Virus record (IMG/VR): IMGVR_UViG_3300012940_000083
Span: 1-29,685 of that record
Source of the DNA: a virus
Lineage: Duplodnaviria > Caudoviricetes
Strand: one strand, 5' to 3'
Length of the DNA: 29,685 nucleotides
Made by a program: the position numbers and the translations under genes. Below are positions 1-7,741 of this stretch, in pieces (position 1 is the first letter of the stretch; every line of letters begins with the position of its first letter). The notes under the pieces are model-generated. The model did not search any database. It was given only the letters and a program-made list of their open reading frames with translations, and was not told the origin of the DNA.

Positions 1-127
1 AGTACTGCCCGGACGCGGACCTGAAAGGGAAAGCTGCCGACCAGCTCTTGAAGCAAAGCCCTTCAAACGGCGATCTGTGTTACGTGCTTGAGTACTGCCC
101 GGACGCGGACCTGAAAGGGAAAGCTGC
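1..127 (+). repeat. Intragenic tandem repeat, 90-bp period
   Basis: agtactgcccggacgcggacctgaaagggaaagctgc is identical at 1-37 and 91-127. Confidence 0.95.
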
Positions 128-422
128 TTCAGAACTCCGTTTGCGTCTTGGAACACAAAATGTCGATGAGGATGCATTAATCAAACAAATTGCGCAGACA
201 GTGATCTCACAACCAGGTTGTTTGAAAATGGACTCATGGCATTGTGGAACCTCACACTGTATTGCCGGTTGGGCTACTGTTTTGAATCCTATTGCCAGAA
301 GCCTTGAGGAAGAACATGGAACTGAAATAGCTGGTGCCGCTGTTCTTCCGTCTTATGCTAACATGTTTTTCCTGGACAATGAAACAGCACTGGAAAGGCT
401 TAAAGAAATCGCTGCTAAATAA
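3..422 (+). CDS. 5'-truncated repeat protein: 30-aa tandem repeats plus C-terminal WHCGTxHCxAGW domain
   Basis: The frame of ORF 48..422 is open back to position 3 (YCPDADLKGKAADQLLKQSPSNGDLCYVLE-YCPDADLKGKAA), so the TTG at 48 is not the real start. The C-terminal LKMDSWHCGTSHCIAGW resembles a Cys/His motif I associate with the ends of phage pentapeptide-repeat proteins. Confidence 0.8.
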   Translation, partial: YCPDADLKGKAADQLLKQSPSNGDLCYVLEYCPDADLKGKAASELRLRLGTQNVDEDALIKQIAQTVISQPGCLKMDSWHCGTSHCIAGWATVLNPIARSLEEEHGTEIAGAAVLPSYANMFFLDNETALERLKEIAAK

Positions 423-461
423 AACAACGCCTTATTAACAATAACAAATCAATAATATAAA

Positions 462-1406
462 ATGGGAATCCTTGACATCAGGCCCGCCGTTAGAGGTGGT
501 TTCAAAGTAATAATCGGCATCGCTGGTCCTTCTGGATCAGGAAAAACTTACTCAGCCTTGAAAATAGCTCGTGGTATGGTGTCGAAACCGTCTGAAATTG
601 GTTTTTTAGATACTGAAAGCCGGAGAGGCTCCTTATATGCGGATATTTTGGATGATAAGTTCATGATTGCCGATCTATTCCCTCCGTTTTCCCCCAGTAG
701 ATATGCCCAGGCAATTAAGGAGTTTCAAGAGGCAGGCACTAAAGTATTAGTAATTGATAGTGTTTCTCATGAATGGGAAGGCGAAGGCGGCTGCGACGAC
801 ATCGCAAACATGAAGTTGGGCAAAAGCAATATGCCCAACTGGATCGGAGCAAAAAGGGAGCATAAGGCTTTCATGAATACTCTTCTTCATAGTAATATGA
901 ATATTATCGTCTGCCTGCGTGCCAGAGAGAAAACTGATTTTAAAAACCCAAAAGAGCCGGTTTCTCTTGGCATGCAGCCGATCTGTGAAAAGAACTTCAT
1001 GTTTGAACTTACTGCCTCCCTAATGATGGAGAATGAGGGTAAAACACAGCGCTATTTGAAAATGCCTTATTTCCTTAAAGACGCCTTCGGCCAAGGAAAC
1101 GGTTACCTGGGTGAAAATACTGGTAAAAAAATTATCGAATGGATTGATACTGGTGATAAGGAAGACCCAGAAATCACAAAGATAAAATCAGATATGCTGA
1201 TGTCCTGTGAGTTCGGCCTTGCTGGCGTCATGGCAATTTGGAACAGCATACCAAAGGAGATGAAACGGAAGCTTGAAGCCTTCAAAAATTCCTGTAAAGA
1301 ATCTGCGCTGGAATATGAGCGACAGGCAAAGGAAGCAGAAGAAACTCCCCAGGAGACATTAAAGAGAAATATTGACGGCCAGCCAATAAACATAGACCTG
1401 CCATGA
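462..1406 (+). CDS. sak4: Sak4-like (AAA_24) RecA-fold ATPase / single-strand annealing recombinase
   Basis: Walker A GPSGSGKT, LDTE motif, PPFSP motif, Walker B LVIDSVSHEW; located next to a nuclease in the recombination module. Confidence 0.8.
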   Translation: MGILDIRPAVRGGFKVIIGIAGPSGSGKTYSALKIARGMVSKPSEIGFLDTESRRGSLYADILDDKFMIADLFPPFSPSRYAQAIKEFQEAGTKVLVIDSVSHEWEGEGGCDDIANMKLGKSNMPNWIGAKREHKAFMNTLLHSNMNIIVCLRAREKTDFKNPKEPVSLGMQPICEKNFMFELTASLMMENEGKTQRYLKMPYFLKDAFGQGNGYLGENTGKKIIEWIDTGDKEDPEITKIKSDMLMSCEFGLAGVMAIWNSIPKEMKRKLEAFKNSCKESALEYERQAKEAEETPQETLKRNIDGQPINIDLP

Positions 1407-3490
1407 CAGAAAGTATCTTTAAAAGGTTCACCGCTGATCAACTGCAAGAGTTATTTAGCAATTTTTTAATTGATAGCTGGAGTTATTCAAAAGTATCATG
1501 CTTTGCGAGAAACGAAAAGGCTTTTGAGATGCAATACATCTTTGGCCTTTACTCCCGCAGTAGTGCCACAACAGTTGCCGGTAACGCTTACCATCATGCC
1601 CTACAGTATTATTTCGAGCAAAAAAAACAGGGTAAACAAATAGACCTTGTTGAATTAGAGGCTTGCGCGTTTGCATACATAGACGACATCCCGTCAAACA
1701 AGTGGAAGGTTCAAAAAACTACTCCTACTGTTGAATCATGCATAAAGAAAGCAACTACGCTTACATCCGCCCTGCTTAGGAACTTCATGCAGGAGAAAGA
1801 CGTTTATGAAGAGGATATCAGCGAAATATTATATGTAGAATTACGACTAGACGCGTTTGTTACTGTCAATGGTGTAGATATTCCGCTCCCATGTCATGCT
1901 GTGGTTGACTTGACCATCAGGACTAAGTCAGGCTCTATAGCTATTGTGGATCACAAATCACGAGCTGCTTTTACAGACGAAGAGGAAATTGCTTTGTCGA
2001 TAGGCGTACAGGCTATAACCTATGTATTGGTATATGAGGCAAACTTTGATCAGCGGATTGATGAAGTATGGTTTATTGAGAACAAATATTCTCAAAACAA
2101 AGACAAAAGCCCGCAATTAAGTAAATATCCTGTCGTAATGGATGTGAATACTCGAAAGCTATACGAAGCGCTCCTGTATGAACCCCTTAAGAGGATGGTA
2201 GAAGCTGTCAGCAATCCGGATTACGTCTATCTGATTAACGAATCTGACAACTTTATTGATAAAGCAGAGCTATATGATTTCTGGGCACGGACCATGATTT
2301 GTGAAATTGGTGATTTTAATGTGGAAGAGACAAAAAAAGAATTAGTCGCCAAACGCCTGAAGAAAGTACGAGATGCTTCCACATCTATCATTACACCAAC
2401 AGTTATCCGGAAGTTTAAGGAGAATGCTGATAGGTTTATTACTTACGATTTATCTAATAAAAACATGACACCTGAACAAAAAATCGAGCATGTTCTCCGC
2501 AGTTTTGGAGTTACGGCCCGTTGCGCTTTTACCTTTGAGGGATATTCTTCTAATACATACCTATTGGAAGTATCGGCCGGCGTAAAAGTTAGTTCTATAT
2601 ATCAATACAAATTGGATATCGCCAATGCGCTTAATGTACCAACTGTCCGCTTTTCAAGGGAAATGGTGGTTCATGAAGGACGGTCCTATCTTTCAGTAGA
2701 GTTTTCAAAAACACGTGACAAAGATCTCGTCTTTAATCCTGATGACCTACAGGGATTCAAAATACCCATTGGTAAAGATAACTATAATAATACGGTTATT
2801 TGGGATCTGGATAACCATTCCACTCCCCATGTGCTTATATGTGGCGCAACTGGTTCTGGTAAATCAGTATGTGTACGTTCAATAATAGAATACGCAACCT
2901 TATCTGGCGTAGAAAATGTTGTAATTCTTGATCCTAAATATGAGTTCATGGACTATGCCCGGAAGGGCTACCAGGTGGTTAATGACATAACTGAAATAGA
3001 AGAAACAATGAAAGCACTGGTTTCCTACATGGAAGATTTAGTCAAGACTGGCAGAAGTCAAAAAACGATGATTGTTTTTGATGAATTTGCCGACGCTGTG
3101 GCAAATGCCAGGTCAGGAAAGAAACTGAATATCTACGAGAATATATCTACCATAACCGCAACCGGTAGAATGAAAACAGAACGGGTACATACCAGCACCG
3201 ATAAATCATTGGAGGAAAACCTACGTATTCTATTACAAAAAGGTCGTTCATGTGGTATTCGCATTGTAGCTGCTACACAAAGGGCATCAGTAAAGGTAAT
3301 TACCGGCGACGCTAAGGTAAACTTCCCAGTACAAATATGTTTTCGTGTACCAAAGGCTACTGACTCCCAAGTCGTACTGGACGAACCAGGCGCTGAGGCA
3401 CTTTCTGGAATGGGCGATGGTTTAATAAGGTCGCCGCAATACAACGATATTATCCGTTTTCAGGCTTATTACAAACCATTATATGATTAA
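1403..3490 (+). CDS. PD-(D/E)XK (RecB-like) nuclease fused to FtsK/SpoIIIE alpha+beta motor domains
   Basis: N-half: WSYSKV, GNAYHHAL, VVDL...IVDHKS, QAITY. C-half: FtsK-alpha-like IEHVLRSFGV...GVKVSSIYQYKLDIANAL, PHVLICGATGSGKS (Walker A, 2843-2866), IVFDEFAD (Walker B), KGRSCGIRIVAATQR, GAEALSGMGDGL. ATGA overlap with sak4. Confidence 0.88.
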   Translation: MTESIFKRFTADQLQELFSNFLIDSWSYSKVSCFARNEKAFEMQYIFGLYSRSSATTVAGNAYHHALQYYFEQKKQGKQIDLVELEACAFAYIDDIPSNKWKVQKTTPTVESCIKKATTLTSALLRNFMQEKDVYEEDISEILYVELRLDAFVTVNGVDIPLPCHAVVDLTIRTKSGSIAIVDHKSRAAFTDEEEIALSIGVQAITYVLVYEANFDQRIDEVWFIENKYSQNKDKSPQLSKYPVVMDVNTRKLYEALLYEPLKRMVEAVSNPDYVYLINESDNFIDKAELYDFWARTMICEIGDFNVEETKKELVAKRLKKVRDASTSIITPTVIRKFKENADRFITYDLSNKNMTPEQKIEHVLRSFGVTARCAFTFEGYSSNTYLLEVSAGVKVSSIYQYKLDIANALNVPTVRFSREMVVHEGRSYLSVEFSKTRDKDLVFNPDDLQGFKIPIGKDNYNNTVIWDLDNHSTPHVLICGATGSGKSVCVRSIIEYATLSGVENVVILDPKYEFMDYARKGYQVVNDITEIEETMKALVSYMEDLVKTGRSQKTMIVFDEFADAVANARSGKKLNIYENISTITATGRMKTERVHTSTDKSLEENLRILLQKGRSCGIRIVAATQRASVKVITGDAKVNFPVQICFRVPKATDSQVVLDEPGAEALSGMGDGLIRSPQYNDIIRFQAYYKPLYD

Positions 3491-3689
3491 CAGATCCTTT
3501 TCTTACTCGGAAAACAAAGTACTGGTAAAGCGTAAGGTTATAGCAGAGTACTTCCAATACGGCAGGCGCTTCTATACAATCATAGATCCCGCAAACCCAA
3601 AACGCGAAATACCTGCTTTAGCTGACGAAATCGACAAACGGTTTAAAACAGTACCAGGAAAGATTAAGCCGCGGCACGCAAAGCGGTAG
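3483..3689 (+). CDS. Hypothetical protein
   Basis: 68-aa ORF overlapping the upstream stop codon; fills the operon gap. Confidence 0.6.
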   Translation: MINRSFSYSENKVLVKRKVIAEYFQYGRRFYTIIDPANPKREIPALADEIDKRFKTVPGKIKPRHAKR

Positions 3690-3729
3690 GCATACACCCA
3701 ATGCACAATCATTTTAAAACATTAGGGCT

Positions 3730-4092
3730 ATGTATTACAATACTAACAACTTGACAGGCGAGGAGTTGAAACAAGGAGTAGATACAGCAACATCACAACT
3801 GGAGGTAGTATTTAATCTCTTTAACAAAAATCCAGACAAGAAGTACACTGCTTGGGATGTGGAACATGAGCTAAAAAGAACCGGTATAATCAATATGCAG
3901 GTTCCTATACATTCGATACGTGCTCGTATAACCACATTAAAGAACCTGGGTGAAATAGAGAAGCTGGACGAAGTAGTCAAGTCGCCTCATGGTATGAGAC
4001 GATCAGAACACTATTATCAGCTTTCAAAATTAGCACCAGCAGGATACAGAGAAATTCAACCTACCGATTATGCCCAGGATACGCACGATTAA
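3730..4092 (+). CDS. Hypothetical protein, probable winged-helix DNA-binding fold
   Basis: YTAWDVEHEL...HSIRARITTLKNLGEIEK pattern typical of wHTH; directly upstream of the initiator. Confidence 0.6.
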   Translation: MYYNTNNLTGEELKQGVDTATSQLEVVFNLFNKNPDKKYTAWDVEHELKRTGIINMQVPIHSIRARITTLKNLGEIEKLDEVVKSPHGMRRSEHYYQLSKLAPAGYREIQPTDYAQDTHD

Positions 4093-4957
4093 ACCGGAGT
4101 TTTGGAATGATGAAAAGTTAGGCCAGGAGCCAGAAGCAATCATGCTGTGCGTGATAGGTATACTTAATTTCTCCGACGATTACGGGGTAGTGCGGGCAAA
4201 CCCGGTTTTTCTAAAGAATCAGATATTCCCTTATAAAGCATCTCTCAGACTTGAGGCTTTTTCAGCTTGGCTGGACCGTTTGGTGGAGTTGGAGGTACTA
4301 ATTCAGTTTACCCACAGAGGTGAAAGTTATTACTACATCCGAACTTTCCGGAAACACCAGAAGGTTGAGAAACCCTCTAAGACAAGGAATGTACCAGAGC
4401 GGGAACTGCTTCAAATTCTTTATGAATTAGGGTACGTTATGCAGGAAGATTTTGCCTTCATAAAAAACACTCCCCGACTACTCCCCGACTATTCGGGGAG
4501 TGTACTCCCCAACCACTCGGGGAGTAGTCGGGAAACAGTCGGGGAATTGTCGGGGAGGGAAGGGATAAGGATAAGTAAAAGGATAAGTAAGGGAGAGGGA
4601 GAGTCTCGCTCAGGCGAAAATCGGGATGAAAATTCAGAACTAACGAATGATTTTCATCCTAACCCCCCACGCCCCGCGCCGCCCCCCTTTCCTTCTGCGC
4701 TTTTTACACCCCCCTCCATAGACGAGGTAAAGTATCATTTCCGGCTAAGTGGCGGCCGCGATGAAATGGCAATAGCGTTTCACGGAAAATGGTCAAGCCT
4801 GGAATGGATGGATGGTCGCAGCTACTTGAAAAACTGGCCAGCCAGGATACCAAATTTCATCACAAACTTTTTGAAAAATGAACAACGAAAGACAGGGCAA
4901 AGTAATAAGCCTTCAGGAAACATTGTCTCAGGAGATAAAAACTATAGCGACGCATAG
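4070..4957 (+). CDS. Phage replication initiator / replisome organiser
   Basis: N-terminal MPRIRTIKPEFW and FRKHQ motifs, low-complexity middle containing iterons, C-terminal FTPPSIDEV...W domain; followed by a DnaC-like ATPase. Confidence 0.8.
   Translation: MPRIRTIKPEFWNDEKLGQEPEAIMLCVIGILNFSDDYGVVRANPVFLKNQIFPYKASLRLEAFSAWLDRLVELEVLIQFTHRGESYYYIRTFRKHQKVEKPSKTRNVPERELLQILYELGYVMQEDFAFIKNTPRLLPDYSGSVLPNHSGSSRETVGELSGREGIRISKRISKGEGESRSGENRDENSELTNDFHPNPPRPAPPPFPSALFTPPSIDEVKYHFRLSGGRDEMAIAFHGKWSSLEWMDGRSYLKNWPARIPNFITNFLKNEQRKTGQSNKPSGNIVSGDKNYSDA
4469..4603. repeat. Iteron-like repeat cluster; putative replication origin inside the initiator gene
   Basis: ACTCCCCGACT twice (4469-4490), ACTCCCC (4504), and inverted TCGGGGAG-like copies near 4493, 4517, 4528, 4539 and 4550; then a purine-rich tract with GGATAAG three times. 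Confidence 0.7.
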
Positions 4958-5708
4958 CGATATAGAGCTTACAGAAGAGGAAATAAGCGACGCTATAGAG
5001 TACGCCAAGCAAAAGAAGATCGACGCCCTAAAACAGGCTGAAATTGCGAAATACAACCAGCACGTTGAAAACGAGATCCGCAGGGATTGGAATCATGAGG
5101 ATTTAAAAGCCTTTGTGATTGCCCGGGCGCAAGATAGGGGCATGGCCTTCGTGGTAGACGAACCTATTTCGCTTCTTTTTGAAGCGTTGTGCTACTATTT
5201 CACCGGCGATAAGCACTTTGAATCTATGACACCAGAAGGGCGGCGCCCCTGGAATCTTAACAAAGGCCTTCTTCTCTGTGGGGGCGTCGGTACAGGTAAA
5301 ACTACACTTTTGAAGGTATTTAACCTCAACAAGCGCCGGGCCTTCAAAATTGTAAGCTGTAAGCACATAGCTGCAAAATATGCAGATGTAGGCAATGACG
5401 CAATCACGGAGCATTCAGGGCACTGGCATGTACCAACATCAAGGGATTATTTCTATCAGAACAAGATTGGGATTTGCTTTGATGACCTGGGTGATGAGGA
5501 TAGCCGAAAAAACTTTGGCAATCAAGCAAATGTGATGGCTGATATTATTCAAAACAGGTATGATTCGGGTGTGCCATACCACTTCACCCACATCACAACG
5601 AATTTAACCATGGATGAGATAGAATCGTTCTATGGAACACGCGTCCGTAGTCGCATCCGTGAAATGTTTAACATCATTCAACTGGACGGGGAGGACCGCA
5701 GAAAATGA
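4878..5708 (+). CDS. DnaC/IstB-like AAA+ ATPase (helicase loader)
   Basis: KGLLLCGGVGTGKT, ICFDDLGDE, HITTNL, YGTRVRSRIREMFN, GEDRR. Confidence 0.85.
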   Translation: MNNERQGKVISLQETLSQEIKTIATHSDIELTEEEISDAIEYAKQKKIDALKQAEIAKYNQHVENEIRRDWNHEDLKAFVIARAQDRGMAFVVDEPISLLFEALCYYFTGDKHFESMTPEGRRPWNLNKGLLLCGGVGTGKTTLLKVFNLNKRRAFKIVSCKHIAAKYADVGNDAITEHSGHWHVPTSRDYFYQNKIGICFDDLGDEDSRKNFGNQANVMADIIQNRYDSGVPYHFTHITTNLTMDEIESFYGTRVRSRIREMFNIIQLDGEDRRK

Positions 5709-5947
5709 CAGCAAAAAAACTTTTCTCAAAGAACATTACCTACCTGGTAGAAAAACACAGGCTCGACGCGGGTAGTTTGGCAGCAGCATTAGGAACATCA
5801 AATCAAAGGGTCAGACACTGGTTAAATGGGCACAGCGCCGCAGATCCTGACATGCTGGTTGAATTATCCGATTATTTTGACATCGGAATCGACAACCTGC
5901 TAACAATAGACCTTAGGAATATTTGTGAACAATGCGAGGCACGATAA
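5705..5947 (+). CDS. XRE/Cro-family HTH regulator
   Basis: LAAALGTSNQRVRHWLNGHSAADPDMLVELSDYFDIGIDNLL matches the HTH_3 pattern. Confidence 0.85.
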   Translation: MTAKKLFSKNITYLVEKHRLDAGSLAAALGTSNQRVRHWLNGHSAADPDMLVELSDYFDIGIDNLLTIDLRNICEQCEAR

Positions 5948-6150
5948 AGCTGTTTATTGACTGGGATTTAAAACGTGAACAACAGTTTGAATCGTCAGAG
6001 CAGCGTAATAAGATTATTCGCAGGTGGACAGTGAACTTCAATCTCCCAAATAGAAAACACTACATATCAATTTTTGATGAAACTGAATACGACGACGATA
6101 CAGAAGTACAAAAAGAAATCGATTCCTCAGTTACTGAAGTTAGCGACTAA
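5932..6150 (+). CDS. Hypothetical protein
   Basis: 72-aa ORF overlapping both neighbours; no recognisable motif. Confidence 0.55.
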   Translation: MRGTIKLFIDWDLKREQQFESSEQRNKIIRRWTVNFNLPNRKHYISIFDETEYDDDTEVQKEIDSSVTEVSD

Positions 6151-6484
6151 TACTTTTAACGCCTACATCCGCAAGCGAGACAGCGAAGATGGTTGGTTTA
6201 AGTGTATCAGTTGCAATCAGTATAAACCAGTTTCGCAGATGAATGCAGGACATTTCTTTTCAGCCGGCCATCACACAGCCTTAAAGTTTCATGAGGACAA
6301 TGTTCATGGCCAATGTATAAAGTGTAATCTGTATGATCATGGGAACCTGTTAGGATACCAGGAAGGATTGATAAAAAAGATCGGTCAGGAACGAGTTGAT
6401 TTTCTCCGCAACAACTGCAGCAGAGTGAATAAATGGGACCGGTTGGAGTTGATTGCTATTATTGAAGAATATAAAAATAAGTAA
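6077..6484 (+). CDS. ninG: NinG/Rap-family junction endonuclease
   Basis: FNAYIRKRD, CISC, AGHF, LKFHEDNVHGQCIKCN, GNLLGY...LIKKIG. ATG at 6077 preferred over TTG at 6074. Confidence 0.88.
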   Translation: MKLNTTTIQKYKKKSIPQLLKLATNTFNAYIRKRDSEDGWFKCISCNQYKPVSQMNAGHFFSAGHHTALKFHEDNVHGQCIKCNLYDHGNLLGYQEGLIKKIGQERVDFLRNNCSRVNKWDRLELIAIIEEYKNK

Positions 6485-6496
6485 ACAGCATGTAAG

Positions 6497-6775
6497 ATGA
6501 TTATACAAAGGCTCGTATACAGGGAATACCATGAAAATGGGCAGATATGTATAAATGGCGAAATAGGGGTTGTAGCCGAGTTATGGAAACACCTCTACGA
6601 TTATAGGTTAGGATTCAAAGGCTACGAGGGCCGCCCAGTCGTTAGGCTTGGAACATGGACTAAATTCTACGACAACGGACAGTTAGCATGGACGCTTGTC
6701 TATGATGAATATGGATATTCAACTAACGCAAACTATCCACAATACAGGAAGGATGGAACATTAATTATATTTTAA
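6497..6775 (+). CDS. Small hypothetical protein with MORN-variant-like repeats
   Basis: EYHENGQI, GTWTKFYDNGQL, QYRKDGTL. Confidence 0.65.
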   Translation: MIIQRLVYREYHENGQICINGEIGVVAELWKHLYDYRLGFKGYEGRPVVRLGTWTKFYDNGQLAWTLVYDEYGYSTNANYPQYRKDGTLIIF

Positions 6776-6795
6776 ACCTGCCAGAATAGGTCACC
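6775..6795 (+). repeat. Intergenic motif copy 1 (degenerate)
   Basis: aacctgccagaataggtcacc; 18/21 identical to copy 2; 7 nt before ATG 6803. Confidence 0.75.
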
Positions 6796-6802
6796 AATAA
6801 AT

Positions 6803-7129
6803 ATGAAGCTAAAAAGAACTGTACAATGCGCAAAATGCCCATGGAAAGTATCTACAGATCCAAATAAAATACCTGGCGGGTATAGTAAGGGCAAGCATGA
6901 AGCATTGAAATGCACAATAGCTCACAATGGTAGATCATACAGGGCAATGGCCTGTCACGAATCTAAGCCAGGTCAGGAATATCACTGCGTTGGATGGCTA
7001 TATAATCAGCTGGGAGTAGGCAATAATATTCAGCTTCGCTTGCAAATGCTTAGTTGTGAAAATATATCACAATTGCGTGTCGTTGGGGATCAACACAAGT
7101 CGTTTAAAGATACATTACCTAAACATTAA
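6803..7129 (+). CDS. Cys-rich hypothetical protein (DUF6283-like)
   Basis: CAKCPW...MACHES...HCVGWL pattern, probably metal binding. Confidence 0.65.
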   Translation: MKLKRTVQCAKCPWKVSTDPNKIPGGYSKGKHEALKCTIAHNGRSYRAMACHESKPGQEYHCVGWLYNQLGVGNNIQLRLQMLSCENISQLRVVGDQHKSFKDTLPKH

Positions 7130-7151
7130 CCTGCCGGGATAGGTTACCCGG
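7128..7151 (+). repeat. Intergenic motif copy 2
   Basis: aacctgccgggataggttacccgg; AACCT/AGGTT and CCGGG/CCCGG are complementary pairs; 8 nt before ATG 7160. Confidence 0.75.
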
Positions 7152-7159
7152 ATTGAAAT

Positions 7160-7381
7160 ATGGATAATTCATGGGAAGGATTTGAACCATCACCAATTGA
7201 ATTTATGCATGGTGAGTTATTAAAGCAATTTCACTCCTTCAGAGAACAACACAGTTCAGATCATTATACCAAGATTACTGGTCATGATCTTAATAATTTG
7301 ATTGTTGAAGCAAAAAAGGCTGTTTATACTAAGTATAAGAAACTAAACTTAGATAAAGCAATCCCGAAAAATTCGCTATAA
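7160..7381 (+). CDS. Hypothetical protein
   Basis: 73-aa AT-rich ORF bounded by motif copies 2 and 3. Confidence 0.6.
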   Translation: MDNSWEGFEPSPIEFMHGELLKQFHSFREQHSSDHYTKITGHDLNNLIVEAKKAVYTKYKKLNLDKAIPKNSL

Positions 7382-7385
7382 AATT

Positions 7386-7410
7386 AACCCCTGGTCGGCG
7401 GGTTGCCGGC
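7386..7410 (+). repeat. Intergenic motif copy 3
   Basis: aacccctggtcggcgggttgccggc; AACCC/GGGTT and GTCGGC/GCCGGC pairings; 10 nt before ATG 7421. Confidence 0.6.
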
Positions 7411-7420
7411 TGCTTGAATT

Positions 7421-7741
7421 ATGGAACAGAAAAAAGTAACAACAACCGAAAGGAAGATTTTAATACAGTTATCAAAGGTTAACACTTATATCAATTCTGG
7501 TACCTGGTATTCAAAAAAGTGTGCAGTGATTGAAAATGGCAAAAGCCTAATATCCTTTAATCAATCTACTTTGAAAAAATTGAAAGAAAAGGGATTTATA
7601 GATCAATTTGATATGATAACAGTGTTAGGCGGATTTGTAGCTGTCCATGGACATTTACCCACTGCCGAAGCAATGGAAAAACTTGCCGCAAGAGAAAAAG
7701 CATTAACCGAACTGGGCACGGTTACCAGAAAATGTGTATGA
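7421..7741 (+). CDS. Hypothetical protein (possible wHTH)
   Basis: 106-aa ORF with STLKKLKEKGFI; ATGA overlap with the HNH gene. Confidence 0.6.
   Translation: MEQKKVTTTERKILIQLSKVNTYINSGTWYSKKCAVIENGKSLISFNQSTLKKLKEKGFIDQFDMITVLGGFVAVHGHLPTAEAMEKLAAREKALTELGTVTRKCV

Noticed and set aside
1-127. 37-bp direct repeat as a CRISPR array
   Set aside because: The period is 90 bp (30 codons) in an open frame, only two copies are visible, and there are no cas genes; it is a protein repeat.
1403-2400. Nuclease domain as Cas4
   Set aside because: No C-terminal Cys cluster for an Fe-S centre and no CRISPR context; a generic RecB-like PD-(D/E)XK call is safer.
2465-3490. Host cell-division ftsK or an FtsK-type packaging ATPase
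   Set aside because: No TM or gamma domain, it is fused to a nuclease, and a normal terminase pair exists for packaging.
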